Assembly: GCA_031385045.1 (NCBI GenBank)
Contig: JANNBC010000057.1
Coordinates: 1-45,504 of the forward strand
Origin: a bacterium
GTDB lineage: Bacteria > Bdellovibrionota_C > UBA2361 > CALJRW01
DNA length: 45,504 bases
Reading direction: 5' to 3'
Position numbers and translations under genes: made by a program. A model generated the notes under the pieces. That model was not told where the DNA came from. It searched no databases and saw only the letters and a program-made list of their open reading frames with translations. Positions 9,407 to 18,965 of the stretch are shown here, piece after piece. The number at the start of each line of letters is the position of its first letter. The first letter of the stretch is position 1.

Positions 9407-10543
9407 CTAATTTGGATTAGTTGCTAAAACCCAAGCCGCTGTTAATACTAAATTCACCAAGCTAATTGGCAATAAATACTTCCAACCCAAGTCCATCAAT
9501 TGATCATAGCGAAATCTTGGTAGTGACCAACGAATCGTAACCTGCAAAATACAAAAGAACATGACCTTACTCATCAGGATAATATGACCTAGTAGTGCTC
9601 CCAACATTCCATCTGTAAAATCAAATAATCCTAAATTTAGGAAAACTCCAGTGCCGGTTGGCAAATCAAAGATTAAAGGATCCCAAGCACCAAAGAAAAA
9701 GACTGAAAGAACTAAAGAGAAGAGTGCAATTTCAGCAAATTCTCCCATCCAGAAAAGCAAGAATTTCATTCCAGAATATTCTGTAAAATATCCAGCGACA
9801 AGCTCCGACTCCGCCTCTGGCATATCAAACGGCCCTCTTTTCGTTTCGGCCATACCAACAATAAACAAGATAATCATTGTGATCCAAGCAAAAGGACTAG
9901 AGAAAATCCCCCAATGACCACCTTGTTGGGCATAAATAATAGTATGAAAATCTAATGATTGATAAGTAACTGCGATAATTACAAAACAAACCCCCATTGC
10001 CAGTTCGTAGGAGATCATCTGAGCAGAGGCACGAAGTCCACCAAGGAATGAAAATTTATTATTTCCAGTTAATCCAGCAATTACTACTCCATAAACAGCG
10101 AGGGAGCCCATGGCAAAAAGAAATAAAACGCCCACATTTAGTTGAGCTAATTGTCCAGTAACCAAATACCCAGCGACTTCAAAGTCAGGCGCAATGGGAA
10201 TAACGGCAAAAGCCATAAACACTGGCAACACAGCTAGAAACGGTGCCAAGCTATGCATAAAATTAGAAACACCATCTGGTACAAAATCCTCTTTAAAGAT
10301 CGCTTTGACTGGATCGCAAAATAAGGTGTTCACAATTCCCAAAATCCCTAAAATCTTAAGAACAAAGAAAACTGGTTTTAACAGAATGTATTTAGTAGTG
10401 AAAAAAGTCCCTGCCCGATTGGCTCCAACCCGATCTTGAATTAAAGCTGAAACTTTACGCTCAAACCATGTACAAGTAGATGCGAGCAAGATCACTAGCT
10501 GAAGTACGAAGGCAGTTTTTAGAAAAAGAATTAAATATTCCAC
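9407..10543 (-). CDS. nuoH: NADH-quinone oxidoreductase subunit H
   Basis: ERKVSALIQDRVG, GGLRASAQMISYE, AETKRGPFDMPEAESELVAGYFTEYSG and PRFRYDQLM; GTG start. Confidence 0.96.
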   Translation of the reverse strand: MEYLILFLKTAFVLQLVILLASTCTWFERKVSALIQDRVGANRAGTFFTTKYILLKPVFFVLKILGILGIVNTLFCDPVKAIFKEDFVPDGVSNFMHSLAPFLAVLPVFMAFAVIPIAPDFEVAGYLVTGQLAQLNVGVLFLFAMGSLAVYGVVIAGLTGNNKFSFLGGLRASAQMISYELAMGVCFVIIAVTYQSLDFHTIIYAQQGGHWGIFSSPFAWITMIILFIVGMAETKRGPFDMPEAESELVAGYFTEYSGMKFLLFWMGEFAEIALFSLVLSVFFFGAWDPLIFDLPTGTGVFLNLGLFDFTDGMLGALLGHIILMSKVMFFCILQVTIRWSLPRFRYDQLMDLGWKYLLPISLVNLVLTAAWVLATNPN

Positions 10544-10556
10544 GGTTATGTCTTAT

Positions 10557-10714
10557 TAGTATATTAAGCGACCCTCGGGGGTCGCTAAGGCGAAATAAGC
10601 TTGTGCAACAAGCGTTTGAGCTGGGGAGGACAAATACACTAAAACCCAGAAAATAGAAAAAGCGATCAGCTTTTTTCCATGCCGTTTAGACACACCCTAT
10701 GGGTTTTAGTGTAT
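10557..10714 (+). repeat. Structured dispersed repeat, copy 1
   Basis: AGCGACCC/GGGTCGCT hairpin (10567-10586), GCTTGT/ACAAGC hairpin, then a 15-bp perfect inverted repeat ATACACTAAAACCCA (10634-10648)/TGGGTTTTAGTGTAT (10700-10714) enclosing AAAAAGC/GCTTTTT. Homologous to 27067-27242. Confidence 0.85.
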
Positions 10715-10740
10715 ACAACTTAAAGTAATTTGTAGCAAGT

Positions 10741-10902
10741 ATACTCAAACCCACAAGGCTTTGCTGGAACAGCTTGGAAAATGCTAAACGCATTTAAGTA
10801 TTATTGGGTTTGAGTATTTATCTTCTGCGGCTAAAAATAGCTACGCCATTATTTAGCTCGCCGAGCGATACTTCGTTCTAGGAAAAACGAAGTATCGCTC
10901 GG
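10741..10902 (-). repeat. Structured dispersed repeat, copy 2 (inverted relative to copy 1)
   Basis: 13-bp inverted repeat ATACTCAAACCCA (10741-10753)/TGGGTTTGAGTAT (10805-10817) and a 17-bp hairpin CCGAGCGATACTTCGTT/AACGAAGTATCGCTCGG (10861-10902). The reverse complement shares AGCGA..TCGCT, GA.AAATAC, AAACCCA and TTTTCCAAGCTGTT with the other copies. Confidence 0.75.
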
Positions 10903-10993
10903 TATCATTGTCCAAAAATACGTTACTAACCTTAATAAGCCATCAGTCTAAGTATTGCCTACCATTAAGCTATCATGCAAAATATCAGTAGAA

Positions 10994-11722
10994 ATGCCTG
11001 AAAATTCAATAAGATCAATCTCAATTGTCATCCCCGTACATAACGAAGAGCTTTACTTGCCTAAGTGCCTGGTGGCTATCAAACATGCTGAAGAACAGAT
11101 TGCCCTCCCAATAGAAATTATAGTCGTATTAAATCGTTGTACTGATAAAACTGAAAGAATTGCCCTAGAAGCTGGCTGTAAGACCATTTCGAATGAATCC
11201 AAAAATCTGTCGGCCATTCGTAACGCTGGAATTAAAATTGCGACTGGAGACCTAATTATAACAATTGATGCCGACAGTCTGATGTCTAAGCAGATGTTAA
11301 AGAAGATCTTAATTGCTATGGACTCAGGGCACTATATCGGAGGCGGAGTAAATATCCTCCCTGATCGCTACTCACTAGGAATTATTTGTTCGATGTTAGC
11401 ACTCCTTCCATTCGCTCTTTTTTGGGGTATTACAGTCGGAGCTTTTTATTCCCGCCGAAAAGATATTTTGGCAATTGGTGGTTTCAATGAAAATTTATTT
11501 AGTGCTGAAGATATCGACTTAGCCAGGCGCTTAAAAAAGCTAGGTAAGAGCCGTGGGTTAAAATATAAGAACCTGCTTACTGCCCATATCACAACATCCT
11601 CTCGCAAGTTTGATCGTTTTGGTGATTGGTACGCCTTTAAACACCCCTTAACAATGCTGAAGTTACTTGGAGGTAAAAAAAGTTCTGAAGCTGATAAGAT
11701 TTGGTATGATTTTAATAATTAA
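10994..11722 (+). CDS. Glycosyltransferase family 2
   Basis: ISIVIPVHNEE, CTDKT, RNAG, IDAD (DxD), GGFNE, EDIDL and TSSRKF. Likely start is ATG 10994. Confidence 0.92.
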   Translation: MPENSIRSISIVIPVHNEELYLPKCLVAIKHAEEQIALPIEIIVVLNRCTDKTERIALEAGCKTISNESKNLSAIRNAGIKIATGDLIITIDADSLMSKQMLKKILIAMDSGHYIGGGVNILPDRYSLGIICSMLALLPFALFWGITVGAFYSRRKDILAIGGFNENLFSAEDIDLARRLKKLGKSRGLKYKNLLTAHITTSSRKFDRFGDWYAFKHPLTMLKLLGGKKSSEADKIWYDFNN

Positions 11723-11779
11723 TAACACTCGGGGATAAGTTTTACTTGTTTAAGAACTGAAATTTGTTAACTTGATTGA

Positions 11780-12415
11780 ATGATCGTAGCACCAATAGCA
11801 ATAATTTCCTCAGCCAAGACATTTAATATTCATCTAGGTCTTGAAGAACAACTTCAAGTAGGTAGCTTAGCTTTGAGCTTGGAAGCTATTCGACTAAGTA
11901 AGGAAACTCCAACAATCATTGCTAAAATCCCCTTAGATCTGAGAGATGAAGTTACAAAAGAAGCTATCCTTAAAAACATAGTGACAGTTCAGGATCTTAA
12001 TGCTCGAGAACTCTTAGCAAAAATGATCCTAAATCAACTGAGCATATTTCAAAAGTATCTTGAGGATATTCATTCTCCTCATACCATTTTCACATATAAA
12101 CTAGGAGTAATTAAAGACTCGGCAAGCACTACCCCTAGCAACTTAAGATTAGATGAAGATAAAATAGCCGGTAGTTTTCCAATCTCTATTGCTCAATTAC
12201 ATGGAGTGAGTTTAGAAAACTACTTAGAAGATGGAAGACTAGCCTCTACTGGCCAAGGTTTTCTTTATATCCAATCGACAGTAATTGCCCCACCATGCAA
12301 TTTAATCACAGCTAAATGTAGGGAGAATGCAACTTTTGTTGGTGTGATTCAAGCAAGCTATCCAAGCACCCCACTTTCTGCGGATGCTTTTACTAGCAGT
12401 AAAAAAGTGGAATAA
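11780..12415 (+). CDS. Hypothetical protein
   Basis: 211-aa ORF filling the gap, with its stop abutting the nuoG stop; no motif recognised. Confidence 0.6.
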   Translation: MIVAPIAIISSAKTFNIHLGLEEQLQVGSLALSLEAIRLSKETPTIIAKIPLDLRDEVTKEAILKNIVTVQDLNARELLAKMILNQLSIFQKYLEDIHSPHTIFTYKLGVIKDSASTTPSNLRLDEDKIAGSFPISIAQLHGVSLENYLEDGRLASTGQGFLYIQSTVIAPPCNLITAKCRENATFVGVIQASYPSTPLSADAFTSSKKVE

Positions 12416-12416
12416 A

Positions 12417-14018
12417 TTATTGGAAAGCTATTTCCAATCCCTGCTTTCTAACTAACTTTAGATTTGTATTCGTATCATTTGGATCGGCATTAATCTCAGC
12501 AAGAAGTGCTAGTGTCATCTCACGATCTTCCTTAGCGGCGGTTATACTCTTACCAAACTTAGTAGCTAGTAATTCAAAATATCTCCAATGCGGATGAGTG
12601 GAGAAATCAAAATCTAACAATCTTTCAGAATACTGCAGGCGAAGTTTATTACTAATCATTAAGCCAGCTTTTTGGTAAACACTACGTGCGGGAAGCAACA
12701 CATTACAAGCTTTTCGTAATAAGGAATCAGCATCACTAATCAAGGCAAGTGTAAGTGGTAATTTACTAATAGCTGTCAATAAATCAGAATTTAAATCTTC
12801 TGCTAGAATCGCTCGATCTCCAACTAAGACTAAATTTTTAATTTCTTGATTAGCAATTTTAGTTAACAATTTCTGGTAGTCATTTTCAGGATTATCAGAA
12901 ATTAAACCTAGGTACTGAGCTGAGCGAAAGTTAGCAGCATAGTCAGGGCTAATTAAAATCTTTTCTAAGTCAGTTAGGCTTCGCCCACGATAGGCAACCG
13001 CAACTGGAGCTTCCGGTGCAAAACTTTCACGGAACTTCTTAACTAGATAAAAATCTTCCAAGAATAAATCTGGTGCTAATAAGAAAGCAGTCTCATTCGA
13101 TTTTAATGCTTCTAAATTCTTTAAGGCCTCCTGAATAGAAACTACTTGTTGCTTGACTTCAGCAACCTTTAAAGGATTCTTAGGAATAAAACGATCAAAA
13201 CCATAGCGACCTTCATCACAAATCCAATCTTGCTTGGTAGCACTGTTAGAACGTGACTTAACATGAACTACTTGATTATCACGTATCGCAACTTTCACTG
13301 AACAACCTGTAGAACAGCCAGTACAAATAGTATCAACCTGTTTGGTGTACCAAATACGCGTATTAAATCTCCATTTTTTATGGGTCAGTGCTCCAACAGG
13401 ACAAAGATCCACAACATTTCCAGAAAAAGGATTATTTAGTTCTTTGCCTGGATTAATAGAAATCATCGAGCGATCTCCGCGGTTAATCATTCCCAGCTCT
13501 GAAGTTTTAGTCACCTCATCACAGAAACGAATACAACGGGTACACATAATACAGCGCTCGCCATCTAGCATCACAGTTGGGCCTAATGGCTCTGCTTTAA
13601 TTTTGCTAACTTTAGTTTCAATAAAACGACTTGGCTTAGCGTTATACTCAAAATGATAATCTTGTAATTTGCAATGTCCGGCTTGATCGCAAACTGTACA
13701 ATCAAGTGGATGATTAATTAAAATCATCTCTAATGTTGAAGCCTGAGCTTCCTTAACTTTAGCACTAGTTTGATGAGTGCGAACTTTCATGCCTGGTTGA
13801 ACTTGCGTGTGGCAAGCAATCATTAATTTAGGTGCACCTTCAACTTCCACTTGGCACATTCGACAGTTACCAACGATGCTTAAGCTTTTGTGATAACAGT
13901 AATGAGGAATTTTGGCGTGCACCTGTTTAGCAGCTTCAATGATTACCGTTCCCCTAGGTACACTGACTTCGACATCATCAATTGTCAGGCTAATTAAATC
14001 TACTGTTTGTTCACTCAT
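12417..14018 (-). CDS. nuoG: NADH-quinone oxidoreductase subunit G (short form)
   Basis: Fe-S motifs CYH..LS..GNCRMC, HPLDCTVCDQAGHC, CIMCTRCIRFC..CPVGAL and CTGCSTGC. Likely start is ATG 14018. Confidence 0.93.
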   Translation of the reverse strand: MSEQTVDLISLTIDDVEVSVPRGTVIIEAAKQVHAKIPHYCYHKSLSIVGNCRMCQVEVEGAPKLMIACHTQVQPGMKVRTHQTSAKVKEAQASTLEMILINHPLDCTVCDQAGHCKLQDYHFEYNAKPSRFIETKVSKIKAEPLGPTVMLDGERCIMCTRCIRFCDEVTKTSELGMINRGDRSMISINPGKELNNPFSGNVVDLCPVGALTHKKWRFNTRIWYTKQVDTICTGCSTGCSVKVAIRDNQVVHVKSRSNSATKQDWICDEGRYGFDRFIPKNPLKVAEVKQQVVSIQEALKNLEALKSNETAFLLAPDLFLEDFYLVKKFRESFAPEAPVAVAYRGRSLTDLEKILISPDYAANFRSAQYLGLISDNPENDYQKLLTKIANQEIKNLVLVGDRAILAEDLNSDLLTAISKLPLTLALISDADSLLRKACNVLLPARSVYQKAGLMISNKLRLQYSERLLDFDFSTHPHWRYFELLATKFGKSITAAKEDREMTLALLAEINADPNDTNTNLKLVRKQGLEIAFQ

Positions 14019-14044
14019 AAAATCCTTCGACCTAAATTGTCGTT

Positions 14045-15331
14045 TCAAATAATTGCCAACGCACTTGTCCTCTGAAGCCTCGGCGTAAGAGGACTAATTC
14101 GTGCTTCAAACTCACTCGCAAACTTCTTTAAAATACTTTGATATGGCATCACCATGGTATCACCAAAAGCACAAATTGTGTGCCCGGCAATTTGCCCACA
14201 AACACTTTGAATTAGTGCAATATCCTCTGGGCGACCTTCGCCATCAGCAATTCGCTGCACAATTTTCTCAATCCAATGCCCACCTTCACGACAAGGAGTA
14301 CATTGTCCACAAGATTCATGGGCGTAAAACTTAGTTAAGTTTAAAAGCACTTCCACCATATCAGCTGTGTCATCTAACACCATAAAACCAGCACAACCTA
14401 GGGAAGAACCAGCCAAACGCATTGATTCGTAATCTAAATTAACCCCAGCAAGCTCGTCAGCAGTCATGACAGGAGTAGAAGATCCACCAGGGATAATACA
14501 TTTAATCTTACGGCCTTCTAACATTCCACCACATTCATTATTGATGAAATCGAGTAATGGATAACCCATTTCAACTTCATAAATCCCTGGCTTCTTAATA
14601 TGACCAGAGGCACTGATTAATTTTGTGCCAGAAGACTTTTCCACACCAATCTTGAAATAAGCATCTCCTCCATTTTGAACAATGTAAGGAACATTACAAA
14701 TTGTTTCCACGTTATTAATATTTGTTGGCATTCCATACAAACCATAACCTGCTGGAAAAGGAGGCTTAAGTCGTGGTTGCCCCTTCTTACCTTCTAAAGA
14801 ATTCATTAAGGCAGTTTCTTCACCACAAATATAAGCACCTGCCCCACGGTGGATAATTACATCATGACTAAAACCAGAACCTAAAATATTTTGCCCTAAT
14901 AAACCTTTTTCGTAGCACTCTTTAATCGCCTGCTTCATGACTGTGTAAGGATAAGCGTACTCACCACGAATATAGATAAATGTTTTTTGAGCTTGCAGTG
15001 CCCAAGCACCACAAAGAATTCCTTCTAATAGTAAGTGTGGATTACGCTCCATGATCAAACGATCTTTGAACGTCCCCGGCTCTGACTCATCAGCATTGAT
15101 AATCAAATAGATTGGCTTGTCATTTTTACGAGGAATAAAAAATCCCCATTTGATTCCAGTTGGAAATCCTGCTCCTCCGCGCCCACGTAGTCCTGATTTT
15201 TTTACCTCATCAATTACAGCATCTGGTGACATGCTAAGTGCTTTACGAAATGACTCATAGCCTCCGCGCGATTGATAGCCGGCAACAGAAACATTGTCAT
15301 CAAACTCTATGCCTTTTAATAAGATTTTCAT
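14045..15331 (-). CDS. nuoF: NADH-quinone oxidoreductase subunit F
   Basis: SGLRGRGGAGFPTG, NADESEPGTFKDR, GAGAYICGEETAL and ESCGQCTPCREG motifs. Confidence 0.97.
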   Translation of the reverse strand: MKILLKGIEFDDNVSVAGYQSRGGYESFRKALSMSPDAVIDEVKKSGLRGRGGAGFPTGIKWGFFIPRKNDKPIYLIINADESEPGTFKDRLIMERNPHLLLEGILCGAWALQAQKTFIYIRGEYAYPYTVMKQAIKECYEKGLLGQNILGSGFSHDVIIHRGAGAYICGEETALMNSLEGKKGQPRLKPPFPAGYGLYGMPTNINNVETICNVPYIVQNGGDAYFKIGVEKSSGTKLISASGHIKKPGIYEVEMGYPLLDFINNECGGMLEGRKIKCIIPGGSSTPVMTADELAGVNLDYESMRLAGSSLGCAGFMVLDDTADMVEVLLNLTKFYAHESCGQCTPCREGGHWIEKIVQRIADGEGRPEDIALIQSVCGQIAGHTICAFGDTMVMPYQSILKKFASEFEARISPLTPRLQRTSALAII

Positions 15332-15900
15332 TCTTTAGTGTATACGGCAGACGGTGAGTAGTTTTTTAACCCTGATCCTAAAGCATCTTTTTTAGTCGAG
15401 AACTTAAGATCGGGTTTTTCTTGTTCAATTAAATTAATAATTTCGGTGATTTTTTCAGCGGTTAAATTTTCAAAGTACGTATCATTAATCTCACACATTG
15501 GGCCAGTTCCACATGATCCCAAGCATTCCACTTGTTCAAAGCTCCAGAGTCCATTGGCACTAACGGCTTTCTCTTTAACATCGCAGCGTTTTTCAATTGC
15601 TTGGCAAATCTTCTTACTACCTTCTCCCATAACAGCACAACTTAATGTGCGACAAACTTGAAAGTGATACTGCCCACGTTCTTTAGTTGTGTACATTGAG
15701 TAAAATGTTACTAACTCACGAACATGCACAGGAGACATCTCCACTTGCTCAGCTACCCAAATTATTCCATCTTCCGAAATCTTACCCTGCTCTTCTTGCA
15801 ACAATTGCAATAGCGGCATAACCGCGGACTTCTTACTTGGATAATAATTTTTTAATTCTTCAACTCTTATTAGAGCTTCTGACGATAAGTTTATAGACAT
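15328..15900 (-). CDS. nuoE: NADH-quinone oxidoreductase subunit E
   Basis: SAVMPLL, TFYSMY, VCRTLSC and ECLGSC 2Fe-2S ligands. Confidence 0.96.
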   Translation of the reverse strand: MSINLSSEALIRVEELKNYYPSKKSAVMPLLQLLQEEQGKISEDGIIWVAEQVEMSPVHVRELVTFYSMYTTKERGQYHFQVCRTLSCAVMGEGSKKICQAIEKRCDVKEKAVSANGLWSFEQVECLGSCGTGPMCEINDTYFENLTAEKITEIINLIEQEKPDLKFSTKKDALGSGLKNYSPSAVYTKE

Positions 15901-15915
15901 AGCAATTAAAAAAAA

Positions 15916-17184
15916 CTAACGATCACATTCTCCACCGATCATATTGACCATTCCAAATGTTGGAATAAGATCAGAAATCTTCTGACCAACTAACATCTCT
16001 CTCATGGATCCCATGTGAATAAAACTTGGAGCACGAACATGGGCTCGGTAAGGTTTGCCACTACCATCTGAGACAACATAAAAACCTAGCTCTCCATTCC
16101 CACCTTCTACTGGAAAGTAGACATCCCCAATTTCTGGCTGTAAACCTTTAAAAACTAATTCAAAATGCATAATCATACCATCGATTGAATTATAGACTTC
16201 CTCTTTAGGAGGCAAAACAATTCGTGGATCAGCTACATTAATTGGCCCCTCAGGCATATTTTTCAGTGCCTGTTCGCAGATTAATAATGATTGTTCAATT
16301 TCGTTAAAACGAACTAAGAAACGATCGTAATTATCACCTTTAGTTCCAAGTGGAACTTCAAAATCAAAGTCTTCGTATGAAGAATACGGGAACGCTTTCC
16401 GAACATCGTAATTCACCCCAGTAGACCGTAACATTGGACCAGTTAGTCCAAAGCTAATTGCCTTTTCTGGAGTAAGGATTGCCACATCACACATCCGATC
16501 CATAAAGATCCGGTTCCGACTAAGTAAGCGATCACAATCAGCAACCAGTTCACGTACCTTTTTAAAGACAACTTGCGCTCGACCAGCGAAGCCCGGCGTA
16601 AGATCCGCTGCTAAACCGCCAACTCGAGAATAAGAAATCGTTAAGCGAGCACCAGTAACTTCTTCAATTAGATCCCAAAGTGCTTCCCTGCCCTGCATCA
16701 AATAAAGCATGGCTGTCATTGCTCCCAGCTCCATCGCCGAGGCACCAAGGCATGTTAAATGATCAGACACCCTAGAAATTTCTGACATTAACACTCGAAT
16801 ATACTGAGTACGTTTTGGAACTTCGATGCCCATCAATTTTTCAATTGTTAAACACCAACCAACATTATTAATAATTGGAGAAACATAATTTAAGCGATCC
16901 GTGTAAGGCATCACTTGATTGTAAGTGACATTCTCGGACATTTTCTCAAAACCTCGATGTAAGTATCCAACTTCCACATCGGCATCTAAAATGTCCTCAC
17001 CTGAAAGTTCACAAACAATCCGAATCGTTCCGTGCGTTGCTGGATGAGTGGGACCCATGTTCAGAATCATACTCTCCGTGTGCAGATCATCATTTAAGGC
17101 ATGTGGCCGCATTGTTGTGGACAAACCACCAACACCGAAATCGCTTTCTAACAAAGAAGGTTTTTTAGTTTCAGCAGTACTCAT
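15916..17184 (-). CDS. nuoD: NADH-quinone oxidoreductase subunit D
   Basis: LNMGPTHPATHG, GYLHRGFEK, DRLNY, TGPMLRSTG and C-terminal GECDR. Confidence 0.97.
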   Translation of the reverse strand: MSTAETKKPSLLESDFGVGGLSTTMRPHALNDDLHTESMILNMGPTHPATHGTIRIVCELSGEDILDADVEVGYLHRGFEKMSENVTYNQVMPYTDRLNYVSPIINNVGWCLTIEKLMGIEVPKRTQYIRVLMSEISRVSDHLTCLGASAMELGAMTAMLYLMQGREALWDLIEEVTGARLTISYSRVGGLAADLTPGFAGRAQVVFKKVRELVADCDRLLSRNRIFMDRMCDVAILTPEKAISFGLTGPMLRSTGVNYDVRKAFPYSSYEDFDFEVPLGTKGDNYDRFLVRFNEIEQSLLICEQALKNMPEGPINVADPRIVLPPKEEVYNSIDGMIMHFELVFKGLQPEIGDVYFPVEGGNGELGFYVVSDGSGKPYRAHVRAPSFIHMGSMREMLVGQKISDLIPTFGMVNMIGGECDR

Positions 17185-17774
17185 GAAGTCCTTTTAGAAA
17201 TTTGAACTAATTCTGCTCGGTGCATAAAACGAGCGGTATTCTCAACCTCAGGAAAACGAAGCGGGACACGCGGTTGCTTCCCTTGAATTGGATAATCTTT
17301 ACGAAGTGGATGACCAATAAACTCTTCATACATTAAAATTCTTCGTAAATCTGGATGTCCGGTAAATTCAACTCCAAACATATCCCAAGCTTCCCGCTCC
17401 ATAAAATTGGCACTAAGATAAGAACCCGTCAGTGTCGGAACAGCTGGTTTGCTTTCTGGAGTTGATACTTTAATTACAATCCTTCTGGAATATTGGATAC
17501 TTAAGAAATGGTAGACAACATCAAATCGATCGTTGGTAGGCCTTGGAAAGAAATCCTGATCCATGAAGTCCACTACTGTTACATTTAGTAGCATATTAAA
17601 GGAATAATCTGCTTGCTCTTTCAGCAATTCAACTACCTCTAAAAGGTCGGTAGCATTAATTCGAATCTCAGGATTAAAGGCACTAAGATTTTCAGCAATA
17701 ATCTTGCCTGATAATTGATTTTTTAACTTTTCACACCACTCAGGGATAACAGTAGTAACTTCTTCGGCGGACAT
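17181..17774 (-). CDS. nuoC: NADH-quinone oxidoreductase subunit C
   Basis: RFDVVYHFLS and EREAWDMFGVEFTGHPDLRRILM..F.GHPLRKDYP. Confidence 0.96.
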   Translation of the reverse strand: MSAEEVTTVIPEWCEKLKNQLSGKIIAENLSAFNPEIRINATDLLEVVELLKEQADYSFNMLLNVTVVDFMDQDFFPRPTNDRFDVVYHFLSIQYSRRIVIKVSTPESKPAVPTLTGSYLSANFMEREAWDMFGVEFTGHPDLRRILMYEEFIGHPLRKDYPIQGKQPRVPLRFPEVENTARFMHRAELVQISKRTS

Positions 17775-17828
17775 ATAATCTTTCTATAAATTGTAGGGCA
17801 TTAATACAATGTTATAGACGTGGTGTAA

Positions 17829-18100
17829 ACTATCCCTTACAGGCAAAGCCTGTAAGGGATAGTCACGCCGAAGCCCTCTCAACATTTAAATAACTCATAA
17901 TCTTATAGGCGTAGGTGGACTCTCAATAACTTGATAAACTGTTACAGGCAAAGCCTGTAAGGGATAGTCACGCCGAAGCCCTCTCAACATTTAAATAACT
18001 CATTATCTTGTAGGCGTAGGTGGACTCTCAATAACTTGATAAAATATCTGACAGGCTCCGCCTGTCATGGATAGTCCACCGTAGCTTGAGCATAGGTGGA
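17829..18100. repeat. Tandem array of ~105-bp palindromic (REP/BIME-like) units: two near-identical copies plus one short diverged copy
   Basis: Units start at TTACAGGC 17837 and 17942, and TGACAGGC 18049. Hairpin ACTATCCCTTACAGGC-aaa-GCCTGTAAGGGATAGT at 17829-17863. Each unit also carries a C(G/A)CCG(A/T)AGC...GC(G/A)TAGGTGGA imperfect palindrome. Confidence 0.9.
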
Positions 18101-18212
18101 TTGTTTGAAAACGTTAGACCTTAGAAGGCCAAGCAGGACTATCATAAGATGAGAAAGCTATAGCTAGGGCGCACAATCTAAAAGCAAGAAAGAAACATCC
18201 TGCCTATCTAAA

Positions 18213-18965
18213 CTACTGTTGTTGAGCCGCCTTCCCCACCGTATCAGCAAATTTCTCCAGCATTGGGTTCAGTTGCTCCATAGTTTGTTGTGTTGTTAAT
18301 TCAGGGGTGTGAGTAGATGCCAGACTTCCTACAATAATAGTAATAATAATCACGACTATTGCTATTGAAACTAAAGATAAGACAGTAAAGACTATCTTCT
18401 TATCTTCGCTAACACCAAGCATTGGCTCAGTTCCTAAGAAGTAAATGTACATACAATAAAGACCAACCGGTAATAGTAAGATTGATAAAGCAGGAACAAT
18501 TCCAATTACACCTACTAAAAGTGCTGGGACATAGGCAAAAGCATAGAGCTGAAAGCTATCATTAAAATTGGAGCTACCTTCAAATTTAGGAGCAATCTTT
18601 GAGATAATCAATGCTCCAACAGCCATACCACCTAGCCCTAAAACAATATGAAGAATCATCTGCACAAATGAAGCAAAAAATGGCGGCCTAACTGTACCAA
18701 GAAAGGGAACAGATATCCCAAAAACTTGCATTCCAATAAATGAAGCGAGACATGAAATAAGCATCAAAGGAATTAAATATTGAACATAAATCTCCTTGAC
18801 TGTCAGGTTTTCTTGTTTAATTTCTGACCAAGCAGTCTTAGGGCTAAAAAGAATTGCTTTGGCACGATTTAAAATTTGTAAAGGATTAAACTTTTTTAAA
18901 CAATCATTACAAGTAGATTTGATATGTTCGATATTTTCAGAAGTTTTGTTGGCAGTTTCATTCAT
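18213..18965 (-). CDS. Yip1-family membrane protein
   Basis: RAKAILFSPKTAWSEIKQE followed by five TM segments, IAPKFEG..NF and AYVPA. Confidence 0.85.
   Translation of the reverse strand: MNETANKTSENIEHIKSTCNDCLKKFNPLQILNRAKAILFSPKTAWSEIKQENLTVKEIYVQYLIPLMLISCLASFIGMQVFGISVPFLGTVRPPFFASFVQMILHIVLGLGGMAVGALIISKIAPKFEGSSNFNDSFQLYAFAYVPALLVGVIGIVPALSILLLPVGLYCMYIYFLGTEPMLGVSEDKKIVFTVLSLVSIAIVVIIITIIVGSLASTHTPELTTQQTMEQLNPMLEKFADTVGKAAQQQ

Noticed and set aside
10557..10714. Dispersed repeat copies as DGR template/variable repeats or integron attC sites
   Set aside because: Differences involve all four bases and indels, the copies are non-coding, and there are no RYYYAAC/GTTRRRY ends or integrase.
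17837..18046. Tandem units 1 and 2 as a DGR template/variable repeat pair (both mismatches are A to T and A to G)
   Set aside because: Only two mismatches in an A-rich stretch, neither copy lies in an ORF 3' end, and the units are palindromic and 26 kb from the RT; chance is sufficient.
17829..18100. CRISPR array
   Set aside because: The would-be spacers are nearly identical between units, the period is ~105 bp, and there are no cas genes in the window.
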